In this document: in pieces, positions 1 through 9,913 of the stretch
How positions within the stretch are numbered: position 1 is the stretch's first letter
Layout: each line of letters starts with the position of its first letter
DNA from: a bacterium
Lineage (GTDB): Bacteria; SAR324; NAC60-12
Assembly (NCBI GenBank): GCA_965233585.1
Contig: CBDDTI010000745.1
Location: forward strand, 256,001-320,000
Direction: 5' to 3'
Length of the DNA stretch: 64,000 nt
Position numbers and translations under genes: made by a program
The notes under the pieces: generated by a model
Database searches by the model: none
The model's input: only the letters and a program-made list of their open reading frames with translations
Told to the model about the DNA's origin: nothing

Positions 1-215
1 ATCTAGGAAGTATGCCAACGGAATTGTTTGAGGATTTTTTCTATGCCCTTTCTGGTGCATTACAAGCCAATGTACATCTTAATTTGCGTTATGGCAGAAA
101 TGATCATCACATTGCAGAGGGGACTTTTAAGGCATTTGCAAGGGCAATGCGGCATGCAGTTTCTTTGGACATGAAGAATTTGGGTCAGATTCCATCAACC
201 AAAGGCTCGTTATGA
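1..215 (+). CDS. hisB: Imidazoleglycerol-phosphate dehydratase, C-terminal part (5' end outside window)
   Basis: Motif GRNDHHIAEGTFKAFARAMR...IPSTKGSL; first gene of his cluster. Confidence 0.93.
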   Translation, partial: LGSMPTELFEDFFYALSGALQANVHLNLRYGRNDHHIAEGTFKAFARAMRHAVSLDMKNLGQIPSTKGSL

Positions 216-790
216 TTGCTATCATTCATTATGGTGCGGGCAATGTCGCATCGGTGCAAAATGCACTGGAGTCTTTGGGAATTGCATCAAAGATTGTAAA
301 GACAACACAAGAGCTGGCTGATGCTGACCGTGTTATTTTTCCGGGGCAAGGACGCATGGGACAAGCCTGTCAAAGTTTATATGAAAGCAAAATGTCAGAA
401 GCGATCCAACAGCTCACAATTCCGTTTTTGGGAATTTGTCTGGGCATGCAAGTTTTGCTTGAGTCTTCACAAGAAGACAATATGCAAGGTCTTGGTTTGA
501 TACAAGGCAAAAGTGAGCGATTGTTATCAGGTTTAAGGGTTCCGCACATGGGCTGGAATCGTGTGTATTTTCAACCTTCTCCTTTGTTTGAACAAATCCG
601 TATGGGAGAGTTTTTTTATTTTGCTCATTCATACTGCCTCAAAGAATCCTCTGCTAGTATTGCCTTGACTTACTATGGTAGCCAGATTGTTTCAGCTGTA
701 CAACATCAAAATTTTTACGCTGTGCAATTCCACCCTGAAAAATCGGGTCAAGCAGGTTTACAACTTCTTCGTAATTTTTCCAAAATTTAG
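212..790 (+). CDS. hisH: Imidazole glycerol phosphate synthase glutaminase subunit
   Basis: YGAGNVASV, FPGQG, LGICLGMQ, VPHMGWN, QFHPEKSG. Confidence 0.95.
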   Translation: MIAIIHYGAGNVASVQNALESLGIASKIVKTTQELADADRVIFPGQGRMGQACQSLYESKMSEAIQQLTIPFLGICLGMQVLLESSQEDNMQGLGLIQGKSERLLSGLRVPHMGWNRVYFQPSPLFEQIRMGEFFYFAHSYCLKESSASIALTYYGSQIVSAVQHQNFYAVQFHPEKSGQAGLQLLRNFSKI

Positions 791-824
791 CATCATTTAG
801 CAATTATTTAACAATCCTTTAGCA

Positions 825-2312
825 ATGTTCATTTTTCCTGCCATTGATTTAATTGATGGTCATTGTGTGAGGTTAACACAAGGTGACTACACGCAGTCCA
901 AAACTTACGACTTCAACCCCTTACACGTTGCCAAGCAGTTTGAAAAACAAGGAGCGTTGTGGGTGCATATCGTAGACCTTGATGGTGCAAAAGCAGGTCA
1001 TCCTGTTAATGCTCAAATTGCTTTGCAAATTGCCAAAGAAACTCATTTATTTGTGCAATTAGGCGGTGGTATTCGTCACTTTGACGTTGCCAAAACACTG
1101 CTTGAAGAGGGCATTCATCGCATCATTTTAGGCACTGCTGCTGTTGAAAATCCAGAACTTGCCCAACAGCTGATTGATGAATTTGGAAGCCACCGCATCG
1201 CCGTGTCACTTGATGTCAAAAAGGGAGCAGTGGCAGTGCGTGGTTGGGAAGAATCTAGCACATTGCCATTTAGTGATGCACTAACAGTGATGAAAAAGGC
1301 GTGTGTTCAAAAGCTAATCATCACCGATGTTGCCAAAGACGGCATGTTGCAGGGAGTGAACACACATTTGATTTCCCAAGCCAAAGGTTTTGATGTCATT
1401 GCCGCAGGGGGTGTGACTCATCTTGAAGATTTGCAAAGCCTTAAAGACCTGAACGCTCATGGCGCAATCATTGGCAAAGCACTTTATGAAAACTATATTA
1501 GGTTAGATGAAGCCTTGAGTATTGGAGGCAAGGAAACGTTGGCAAAACGTATCATTCCATGCCTTGATGTCCAAGATGGTTTAGTTGTCAAAGGTACAAA
1601 TTTTAAAGGACTGCAACCTGTTGGAGATGCTGTTGAACTCGGTTTGAAGTACAGCCAACAAGGAGCAGATGAACTTGTGTTTCTTGATGTTTCAGCGACT
1701 GCTGAACGTCGCAAAAACATGAGTCATTTGGCTTCTCAAGTAGCAAAGCATGTTCAGATTCCCTTCACGATTGGTGGGGGAATTAGTCAGTTGGAAGACG
1801 TCCAGCTTCTTTTTGAAGTAGGAGCTGATAAAGTTTCTATTGGTTCTGCCGCTATCACTCAACCTGAAATGATAGAAAAAATTGCACTTGCCTTTGGCTC
1901 GCAAAGTCTGGTGGTCTCTCTTGATGCTAAACGTGTTGGTACATCATGGAGACTTTACGTCAAAGGGGGACGAGAAGAAACCAACACCGATACAGTAGAA
2001 TTTGCAAAAAAGATGGAGTCGTTTGGGGCAGGTGAATTGCTGGTCAATAGCCTTGATTGTGATGGCATGCAGTCTGGTTTTGACATAGAGTTGTTGAATG
2101 CTATTGCTGAGGCTGTCAAGATTCCTGTCATTGCTTCAAGCGGTGCAGGTGAGCTTGGTCATTTTATGCAAGTCTTTCAACAAACTCCTGTGACTGCTGC
2201 CTTAGCATCTGGCATTTTTCATTATGGCAAATTCAGCATTTCAGAAGTTAAACAATTTTTACACATTCAACAAATTCAAGTACGCCCATGTCTCTCCAAC
2301 AACTCAATTTAG
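825..2312 (+). CDS. hisA-hisF: Fused HisA (ProFAR isomerase) - HisF (IGP synthase cyclase)
   Basis: N-half IFPAIDL..G.CVRL.QG, HIVDLDGA; C-half LAKRIIPCLDV, GADELVFLD, IPVIASSGAG; one continuous frame. Confidence 0.92.
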   Translation: MFIFPAIDLIDGHCVRLTQGDYTQSKTYDFNPLHVAKQFEKQGALWVHIVDLDGAKAGHPVNAQIALQIAKETHLFVQLGGGIRHFDVAKTLLEEGIHRIILGTAAVENPELAQQLIDEFGSHRIAVSLDVKKGAVAVRGWEESSTLPFSDALTVMKKACVQKLIITDVAKDGMLQGVNTHLISQAKGFDVIAAGGVTHLEDLQSLKDLNAHGAIIGKALYENYIRLDEALSIGGKETLAKRIIPCLDVQDGLVVKGTNFKGLQPVGDAVELGLKYSQQGADELVFLDVSATAERRKNMSHLASQVAKHVQIPFTIGGGISQLEDVQLLFEVGADKVSIGSAAITQPEMIEKIALAFGSQSLVVSLDAKRVGTSWRLYVKGGREETNTDTVEFAKKMESFGAGELLVNSLDCDGMQSGFDIELLNAIAEAVKIPVIASSGAGELGHFMQVFQQTPVTAALASGIFHYGKFSISEVKQFLHIQQIQVRPCLSNNSI

Positions 2313-2635
2313 ATGGTTTAGACTCTGGTGAGTTAGACTTTGACAAAATGCAAGGTCTTGTCCCTGCTATCATTCAGCACGCTGAAACTGCAGAAGTTCT
2401 CATGCTGGGATTTATGAACCGAGACGCATTGAATGAAACCATTCAATCAGGATACGTGACATTCTGGAGTCGTTCTAAAAAAAGACTCTGGAAAAAAGGA
2501 GAAACGTCCAATCATACGTTGGCATTGGTTTCTGTTGCGTGCGATTGCGACCGAGACACCCTGTTGATTCAAGCCATTCCAAATGGTGCTGTCTGCCATC
2601 AAGGCACAAGAACATGTTTTGTATCAGAAGTTTAA
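2288..2635 (+). CDS. hisI: Phosphoribosyl-AMP cyclohydrolase
   Basis: GLVPAIIQ, FWSRSK..LWKKGETS, CDCDRD, CHQGTRTCF. Confidence 0.93.
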   Translation: MSLQQLNLDGLDSGELDFDKMQGLVPAIIQHAETAEVLMLGFMNRDALNETIQSGYVTFWSRSKKRLWKKGETSNHTLALVSVACDCDRDTLLIQAIPNGAVCHQGTRTCFVSEV

Positions 2636-2924
2636 AAATGTTGCAAAGCCTGACCTTCAAGATTCTTTTTTGTTTGCCTTGAGTTTGGTTTGAACTTTTG
2701 TTCATGTTTTTGTCTGTTTCTCTGACCTCCTTATCTTTACGATTGTTCCGTATTTTGTTGCTTGTTTTTTAGCTCACGTTGCATCTTCATAGAAATAAGA
2801 TAAGTCTTTCAATTTTCTAGCAATGCAAAATAATTTATGAGTTTGCAAAATGAAAAGGCAAAGTTTTTGCTTTAAGCCCATTCATTAGTGTTCACACTCT
2901 TTATTTTCAAATTTAGGACTTATC

Positions 2925-3116
2925 ATGTACCAATCGCATTCCAATTCTCAAAAGCAACAGGAACTGATTCAGCAACGCAATTATAACAACCTGTTAAAAT
3001 ATCTTGAGCATCGTTATCCTCAACATGAATTGAATCATCAATCGTTTCAAGAGTTGATTCGCCTGAAAAATGAGCTTGAAGGACCCCGTTGTGCATCTAC
3101 ACTAAAAGGGCTTTGA
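2925..3116 (+). CDS. Small hypothetical protein
   Basis: 63-aa ORF preceded by AGGA; no recognisable motif. Confidence 0.45.
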   Translation: MYQSHSNSQKQQELIQQRNYNNLLKYLEHRYPQHELNHQSFQELIRLKNELEGPRCASTLKGL

Positions 3117-3196
3117 CCTAATAGGCTGTTTCTGGTCTTGATATGGAAAAGGTATTTTGAGACAATTCTGACTCATCACTTTTTTCACTTCAAAAA

Positions 3197-4954
3197 ATGA
3201 TTGACAGCCTAGAAATTGACCAAAGTTTTGACAATAGGGAGCGTTCTGGGGAACGTTCTCATGTTGAAAAGCTTTTGTCAGAACACCAGAAAGATGAGAT
3301 AAGTGCTTCATTTTTAAAGAGGCAGATTCATTTTTATGGCAACATCTCTAAAGCCGTTCAAGATTTTTTGGTCAGGCTCATTTTAGACGTCCGTGATTTT
3401 GCTACTAGTCAGGGTCTGGAGTTGCAAAATCCATATCATCAAATCCAGTTTTTTGACCCACAGGCTTATGAGGAACGAACAGGCAAAGCGGTTTCTTCCA
3501 AAACCCCACTGCCTGCATCAAAGATTAGCCTCAATCCCATTTCTAAAACTTACACAGTTTTTGTCGTTCTGCCACGCGATGTTGAGACTCCAGATGAACT
3601 TGTCAATGTCACCCGAACTTTATTTTCAAGATTATTTGGAGACATCTATTTCCATGAGACGTTGCAACCTTTGGAATTTTACGCACAGTGCCTTCCAAAT
3701 GACGACATTTCTACATCAATCCGAGAAAAGCTAGAGATTCTGGCAACCATTGACCCAGCACAACAGTTTGCTAAGCAAGAACTTAAAGAACTGCTTCAGT
3801 CTCCTGAAACACTAGACCAACAAACTCAAGACAAGATTTGTCATGCCTTTGAAGAATGTATCAAACATTTTCAAGGGGAGTCGCATGATGTGTTAGAAAG
3901 TCTTGTAAACAAAGTCAAAGGTCTCAATAAGCAACTGCGGTTCATTCTACCGCATCAAGAGCAAGCCTATCATTTTTTTGAAAAGCAATCGTTGAGGCAT
4001 TATCTGCAAAGTTGTTCAGAAAAGTTGAATGAATTGGAGTCTCTTTCTGCATGGATTCAAGAGCTTTTTGAGCAGTTGCATGAACGTCTACCCATTTTGA
4101 CGTTGGAAGGCTTGGAGGAACAGATTTATACAAGAATGATGCTTCTAAAACAAGAGGGAAAGGTGCGTGTGTTTTTGATTGAAAGCATTGAGCTTTCAGA
4201 AGAACAACAACGACTTAAAAACAAATTCCCTCTGCTTTTAAGTAAACTGTTGATTGGTCAAGAGCCGATTCAAAAATGGAATCAAAAGATCAAACAATTT
4301 GAAAAACACTACCAAGACTCTATCTATCAAAAGCTGTTTGAGGCATTGATTTATTTGCAACATTGGGTGAGGCATGGTCTTTCTAAACAAAAAGATTCTT
4401 TTCAGCAGTCCCAAGATTACCCAAAGCTGAAGTCTCTTTGCCATTATTTTAAATTCCGTTTACCACCGATAATGGAACTGAAGCATGTGATTGACCTTTG
4501 TTTAGACTATGACACCTCCCACACCAAGCAGTCTTCTCCTTTCCTTTTGCAAGACTGGAAGCAGGCATGGAGTTACTTCATTTCAGCATTTATGATCTAT
4601 CGTTATGCTCAATTTAAGCAGCAAGACCCCAAGCATCAAGCCATTGACCCCACAAAATACTTGCGTTCCACAAAACTTTTTTTGTCCCAGCAAATCAAGC
4701 AAAGAAAAGTTTATGCGTGGATGGCGTCTATGTTGATAGACATTGCCATCAGACAAAAAGAGGCAGGGTTAGCTTTTGTGCTGTACCTTGCCAAAAATCC
4801 CAACCTCTCTTTACAATATGCACTTTGTCATCTTCAAAAAAAAGCACAAGAATCACAAGACATTGCACAGATTGCCCAAGATTCTATTGAGTCCATTGCC
4901 CAAACTCTCACAGAGGCTTATGAAAACAGAAGGCAGCAGCAACTTGATGAATGA
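3197..4954 (+). CDS. Hypothetical alpha-helical protein (585 aa)
   Basis: Long ORF, Leu/Gln/Glu/Lys rich, no recognised motif. Confidence 0.8.
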   Translation: MIDSLEIDQSFDNRERSGERSHVEKLLSEHQKDEISASFLKRQIHFYGNISKAVQDFLVRLILDVRDFATSQGLELQNPYHQIQFFDPQAYEERTGKAVSSKTPLPASKISLNPISKTYTVFVVLPRDVETPDELVNVTRTLFSRLFGDIYFHETLQPLEFYAQCLPNDDISTSIREKLEILATIDPAQQFAKQELKELLQSPETLDQQTQDKICHAFEECIKHFQGESHDVLESLVNKVKGLNKQLRFILPHQEQAYHFFEKQSLRHYLQSCSEKLNELESLSAWIQELFEQLHERLPILTLEGLEEQIYTRMMLLKQEGKVRVFLIESIELSEEQQRLKNKFPLLLSKLLIGQEPIQKWNQKIKQFEKHYQDSIYQKLFEALIYLQHWVRHGLSKQKDSFQQSQDYPKLKSLCHYFKFRLPPIMELKHVIDLCLDYDTSHTKQSSPFLLQDWKQAWSYFISAFMIYRYAQFKQQDPKHQAIDPTKYLRSTKLFLSQQIKQRKVYAWMASMLIDIAIRQKEAGLAFVLYLAKNPNLSLQYALCHLQKKAQESQDIAQIAQDSIESIAQTLTEAYENRRQQQLDE

Positions 4955-5062
4955 AGGGTCAAACATCAAAATTTTAAAAATCTCCTCTTTAAATTTTCTC
5001 AATTTGATTCTCAAATGTTGTTTGAAAAGACATTGCATTTGAACTTGTCAAAATTTTGTCTC

Positions 5063-5091
5063 TTGCAACCTGATTTCAATTCTTTTAAACT
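5063..5091 (+). promoter_or_regulatory. Putative sigma70 promoter for tatA
   Basis: TTGCAA-17 nt-TAAACT. Confidence 0.45.
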
Positions 5092-5135
5092 AGCCTGTTC
5101 TTAATCTTAAAAATCTTTATTTGAAGGAGCAACTT

Positions 5136-5318
5136 ATGTTTGGTTTAGGAATTTGGGAATTGCTGATCATTTTGAGTATCGTTGTTGTGCTTTTTGGTGC
5201 AAAAAGGCTTCCTATGATTGGCGAGGGGATTGGAAAAATGATTACCAACTTTAAGCGGGAGTCTAAGACGATTGAAGAACCTGAGACAAAAGTGACTGAA
5301 GAAGTGAAAGCAAATTAA
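5136..5318 (+). CDS. tatA: Twin-arginine translocase TatA/E subunit
   Basis: MFGLGIWELLIIL..VVVLFGAKRLP..GEGIGK.I.NFK; AAGGAG RBS. Confidence 0.95.
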   Translation: MFGLGIWELLIILSIVVVLFGAKRLPMIGEGIGKMITNFKRESKTIEEPETKVTEEVKAN

Positions 5319-5352
5319 GATGGTCTCCATCTTTTTTTGAGGTTTGGAGTGA

Positions 5353-7425
5353 GTGATGATGATGTTTGAGCATAGTCAGTTGATTGCTGAGCTAGAGAAT
5401 TTGGGAATGCTCAAATCGGCAACTTTGTGTCAGCATTTGGAAAGCAAAGCAGTTTCACAGGCTCAATGGCAGTTGTTTTTGGATATGCTTCCAAGATGCT
5501 GTGACCTCAACATCAGCGACACCACATTTGGTGGGGCAATCTTGGCGGTGCAGAATGATGATGCTTTTCAAAGATTTTCAAAAATTCTTGATCAATCTAT
5601 CATTCAAGTTGCAAAAATCTTTCAAGAACTTCAAACCTTACCAAAGCCAAAAGTGGCACAAGCCGAGCGATTTATCAAACTTTGGAGTTTTGTAGCACAA
5701 CAAACTGAAGTCCTGTCGTTAGACCTTGTTCAACGAACCACTCAATTTCTTCAAATTGATCCCACCTCTGAACAGGCACAAGAACAAGGTCAAGGTGTTT
5801 TAGCCATAGAAGCCAAATTGGCAGGCAGACTCGGCATCTCATCTATCAAATCAGAGTTAGAAGACTTTGCCCTCCGTTGCATTGACCCTGAAAGCTATTA
5901 CTTCATCAAAGACAATGTTGCATTAAAACGCAAAGAAAGAGAACGGGTGATTGAGCAGATGACCCAAGAACTCAATCAGCTCATGGAATCTAGCAAGATC
6001 ATTGCTGAAGTCTGTGGACGTTACAAAAGGTTCTATTCTATCTATAAAAAATTGCAACGTGTGAATTTTCAGTTTGAGAGGATTCAAGATTTGTTTGCAT
6101 TCCGTGTTTTGACTCATTCCATTAATGATTGTTATCGTGCATTAGATGTCATTCATCAAAGGTGGCAGTCTGTAGAAGGCAGGTCAAAGGATTACATTAT
6201 GAAGTCCAAAAAAAATGGCTATTCTTCATTGCATACCACCCTAGTTGATGAATTTGGAATGTATCTTGAGGTTCAGATTCGCACGGTGGAGATGCACCAT
6301 ACTGCAGAATATGGACCTGCCGCTCATTGGTTGTACAAAGAGGCAAATCCTGTCCATGCAGATAAGAAGACGTTGAACAAGTTGCAATCATCACAGGAGT
6401 TATTGCAACACGCCATGCGTCAGAAAGAACAGCCCCAGTCTTCCAAAAAACGCAAACGCAAGGTCTCTGAAGAAAACGAAACCCTTGTCCCGATTTATGT
6501 GAGAACACCAGATGAGGATATTTTTGAACTGCCTCATGATGCAACTCCTGTTGACCTTGCCTATGCCATTCATTCAAAACTGGGCGAGCTTGTCACAGGT
6601 GCGCAAATCAATGGCAAGCAGTGCAGTATTTTCCAGCCTCTGCAAACCAATCAATGTGTGAAGCTAATCTTGTCAGAAAATCAAACGCCTCATCTGGGTT
6701 GGCTTGCTAAAGTCCGTTCTAAGAATGCTAAAAAGCAGATTGAAAAATATTTGCGTGCAAGCAACCAAGAGCAAGTCAATGAAGTGATTCAGCAAAGTTT
6801 GGAATTTGCATTGAAGGCAAGGCATTTGGAATGGAAAAAAGTGTCCAAAGAGCAAATCTTTTTAGATTTTTTGCACGTTCAAGGATATAAAAGCGTGAGT
6901 GAATTGATTGGAAAAATACGTGAAGCCTCGTATCGCAACGTTGCCTTAGATGTTCAAACTCAACAATTTGTGTCCCTTTTTATCTCGTGGAGTAGAGAAC
7001 AGATGAGGGTTACGGTGGAAGAGACTTTGATGAAATCAGGCGTTGATTTGGAGCATTTAAAAAAGCAAGCTCTGCTCAATCAGTTTCTACAAACATCGGG
7101 GCTGGCATCTTCTTATAATGACTTGCTTGACCAAATTATTCAGAAAAAAACTTTGATCTGCGATGTCGTTTCAAAAATCAACCACTTCTTAAATTTAAGA
7201 AACCAAGTTCCCGAGGGGTTTGGAAACTCTAATCTAAAACGTTCTGTGGTATTGGGCGGGAACATGCCGACTCAAGCCGTGTTTGCCAAATGTTGCTACC
7301 CTTACCCTCATGCTCCTATTACAGGTTATTTGCTTGGAAATGGTGGGCTGTCCGTTCATCGTTCTCACTGTTCCCAACTCAGCTTACTTGATTCTAAACG
7401 TATGATTGAAGTCCAGTGGTCTTGA
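5353..7425 (+). CDS. RelA/SpoT-family (p)ppGpp synthetase with degenerate hydrolase domain, TGS and ZFD, no ACT domain
   Basis: DLFAFRV, RSKDYI..KKNGYSSLHTT, EVQIRT..MH..AEYG.AAHW.YKE, ATPVDLAYAIHS, AKCC.P.P...HRSHC. Confidence 0.88.
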   Translation: MMMMFEHSQLIAELENLGMLKSATLCQHLESKAVSQAQWQLFLDMLPRCCDLNISDTTFGGAILAVQNDDAFQRFSKILDQSIIQVAKIFQELQTLPKPKVAQAERFIKLWSFVAQQTEVLSLDLVQRTTQFLQIDPTSEQAQEQGQGVLAIEAKLAGRLGISSIKSELEDFALRCIDPESYYFIKDNVALKRKERERVIEQMTQELNQLMESSKIIAEVCGRYKRFYSIYKKLQRVNFQFERIQDLFAFRVLTHSINDCYRALDVIHQRWQSVEGRSKDYIMKSKKNGYSSLHTTLVDEFGMYLEVQIRTVEMHHTAEYGPAAHWLYKEANPVHADKKTLNKLQSSQELLQHAMRQKEQPQSSKKRKRKVSEENETLVPIYVRTPDEDIFELPHDATPVDLAYAIHSKLGELVTGAQINGKQCSIFQPLQTNQCVKLILSENQTPHLGWLAKVRSKNAKKQIEKYLRASNQEQVNEVIQQSLEFALKARHLEWKKVSKEQIFLDFLHVQGYKSVSELIGKIREASYRNVALDVQTQQFVSLFISWSREQMRVTVEETLMKSGVDLEHLKKQALLNQFLQTSGLASSYNDLLDQIIQKKTLICDVVSKINHFLNLRNQVPEGFGNSNLKRSVVLGGNMPTQAVFAKCCYPYPHAPITGYLLGNGGLSVHRSHCSQLSLLDSKRMIEVQWS

Positions 7426-7433
7426 GCCAAGAT

Positions 7434-8414
7434 TCAAGCCAATTTTTTTGCTGCCAAAACTGCATGAATCATAGATTCGGGATTGGCACAAAAAGACGGA
7501 GCTAGATCAAAAGCGACTCCATGGTCCACAGAAGTCCGAACAATCGGTAATCCTAGAGTGATGTTGACTCCTTGCTCAAATCCCAACAACTTCAAGGCAA
7601 TGTGAGATTGGTCATGGTACAAAGCAATGACGGCATCAAGTTCATCTTTTTGATGATGTAAGAAAATGGAATCAGGAGCAAAAGGACCTGAACACTTAAT
7701 CCCTTCTGCTTGTGCTTGCTGTATGACAGGGATTAACAACTCTTTTTCCTCTGAACCAAACAAGCCATTTTCGCCAGCATGAGGATTTAAGCCCGGTATT
7801 CCCAAACGCGGTCTGTCTATTCCCATTTTTCGCAATGCTTGTGCTGTAATCCTGATGGTTTTAAGGATTTGTTCAGCATTCAAGTTTTCAATCGCACTTT
7901 TAAGTCCTTGATGTAACGTCACATGTGCTGCTCGGAGTTTGCCAACTTGTAGCATCATCACGGGGTGTGCTTTGTTGGTATGATGTGAAAGAATTTCTGT
8001 ATGACCGGGAAAGTGGAGATTGGCAAGATGCAGTGCTTCTTTGCAAAGGGGGGCAGTGACAATGGCATCAATTTGCTGGTGGTTTGCACATTCAATGGCA
8101 GAAACAAGACAACGATAGGCGGTCTCACCTGCCCATGAATTGACATGCCCGAGACGATATTGAAAAGGCTGACTAGATTCACAATGAACTAATGAAAAAG
8201 AGGGGAGTTGATGATGGACATTTTGTTGTGAGATTTCAGTCAGTGGGTTTGCTTGTTGGAGTGCATCGTATGTTTGTTGCAAGACTTCACGATGCCCAAA
8301 AACCACAAAACGCAAAGATTGGTCGCTTTGAAAATGTTGGATTGTGCGAACAACAACTTCTGCACCAATTCCATTGGGGTCGCCCATCGTTAAGCCAATC
8401 AGTTGAGATTTCAT
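7434..8414 (-). CDS. pdxA: 4-hydroxythreonine-4-phosphate dehydrogenase
   Basis: TMGDPNGIG, FPGHTE, GLNPHAGE, YHDQ, VNITLGLPIVRTSVDHG. Confidence 0.95.
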   Translation of the reverse strand: MKSQLIGLTMGDPNGIGAEVVVRTIQHFQSDQSLRFVVFGHREVLQQTYDALQQANPLTEISQQNVHHQLPSFSLVHCESSQPFQYRLGHVNSWAGETAYRCLVSAIECANHQQIDAIVTAPLCKEALHLANLHFPGHTEILSHHTNKAHPVMMLQVGKLRAAHVTLHQGLKSAIENLNAEQILKTIRITAQALRKMGIDRPRLGIPGLNPHAGENGLFGSEEKELLIPVIQQAQAEGIKCSGPFAPDSIFLHHQKDELDAVIALYHDQSHIALKLLGFEQGVNITLGLPIVRTSVDHGVAFDLAPSFCANPESMIHAVLAAKKLA

Positions 8415-8417
8415 CGG

Positions 8418-9815
8418 TTAGATGCTAAAGCCTAGCGAAACAAAGATTTGTTGATTTTTATATGGTTGAGATTCATTGGTGTCTCCTAAATCTGCACCAT
8501 AGTTAGAAAATCCAACACGCATGATGTGAAATGGAACATTGACTTGAACGCCGTAGGTAGGTTGCATTTGATTCATTCCCGCACTGAAATAAAACAAATA
8601 CTCATCAGGGGTAGCAATGGGAAAAAGTCCAAGTTGTAGCCCAAGATGTGAACGTTGCTCCCAAGAACGACCATAAGTTTCAGAACCACGAACGTAAGTC
8701 GTGCTGCCTTCAATGTCTTTCAGTTCTAATGCACCGAGCATCATAAGAAAGTCATAGGTATATTGATAGCTCATGCCAACATTTAAAGTGCTGGGAATTT
8801 TCAAAGCGGCTCCTTCTAATTCCTGTCCTCCAATATTTTGGTATGTTGCCCCAAATTGATAAGTCCCCTCACTTTCCAGAGAATAGAGAAGACCGATTTC
8901 ATGCCCCCACCAGTTTGCTTTTCTTGTGATGGCAGAGTCAATCGGTTTGGAGTCGCCTGATGTGAATCGGATCAAAGGATAGCGGTCAAGCGTTTTTCCT
9001 AAAAGCTCATACCTTCTTGTTTGATACCCTAATTTGAGGCTATCATCAAGGATAGATATTGCGGCGGCATAGGTTTCTATATCCACCCTAAACACTTGCA
9101 TGTCAATAGATTTAGTCCAAACATCATTCAAGATTTCTTCTTTTTCTTCAATTCTTGGGTCACTTGCGGCTTCTTCTCTTTTTTCTTTGACTCTTTCATC
9201 ATCTTTTAATTTTTCAAGATTCTCTTCCAACTTTTTCTTTTCTTCGTCAGAAAGAGGGCGGTCAAATTCTTTTTCTAAAGTATCTGAAATTTGTTTGGTA
9301 GTTTCTTTGGGGTCATCAAGAGAGATTCTGCGATTTTCTAAAGTAGGAAAGCTGAGTACTGCAAGGACTGTTGTGTATTTTTGTGTGCCAATTCCAAAAC
9401 GTTGAATCACAGGGGAGTCTATTTTCCACTGTAAAGAAAAATGCCCCCAACCTTGAGCATTGATGACATGGGTTGCATTCTTATAGCGGTCAATCAAATT
9501 TTTAGTGTCTTCCACATCACGATCTTTTTTTTCTTGTAGTTCATTGACGAGGTTAGGGTCATAAGCGGTTTGAATCCCAATCAGGCTTTCCCACACAAAA
9601 TCAGCCTCACGTTTAGAAGCAAGCCCTGCAGAATTGTAATTCATCGCCGTTTCTCCTGTTGGGACAACAGACACAAAAGCGTTTCCCATGGATAAAGCTC
9701 TGTTGTGATATTGATAGAGGTACGAGCTGTCTAAAGTAATTTCTATTTCAGCATCTTGAGCATGATTGATTGAAAACACGAATGCAGAAAGCATCAGAAG
9801 TATCAATTTTTTCAT
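8418..9815 (-). CDS. Outer-membrane beta-barrel protein, FadL/PorV/TraF-like N-terminal motif
   Basis: Signal peptide; RALSMGNAF...AMNYNSAGLA; alternating beta strands; C-terminal IFVSLGFSI. Confidence 0.65.
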   Translation of the reverse strand: MKKLILLMLSAFVFSINHAQDAEIEITLDSSYLYQYHNRALSMGNAFVSVVPTGETAMNYNSAGLASKREADFVWESLIGIQTAYDPNLVNELQEKKDRDVEDTKNLIDRYKNATHVINAQGWGHFSLQWKIDSPVIQRFGIGTQKYTTVLAVLSFPTLENRRISLDDPKETTKQISDTLEKEFDRPLSDEEKKKLEENLEKLKDDERVKEKREEAASDPRIEEKEEILNDVWTKSIDMQVFRVDIETYAAAISILDDSLKLGYQTRRYELLGKTLDRYPLIRFTSGDSKPIDSAITRKANWWGHEIGLLYSLESEGTYQFGATYQNIGGQELEGAALKIPSTLNVGMSYQYTYDFLMMLGALELKDIEGSTTYVRGSETYGRSWEQRSHLGLQLGLFPIATPDEYLFYFSAGMNQMQPTYGVQVNVPFHIMRVGFSNYGADLGDTNESQPYKNQQIFVSLGFSI

Positions 9816-9913
9816 ATATCAAATATCCAGAAAATGAGTTAGAATAGACCATTTTATTTGGATTACTTGAAACATTCAATGATTAGAAACAGACAATGAT
9901 TGGAAATTTTCTT

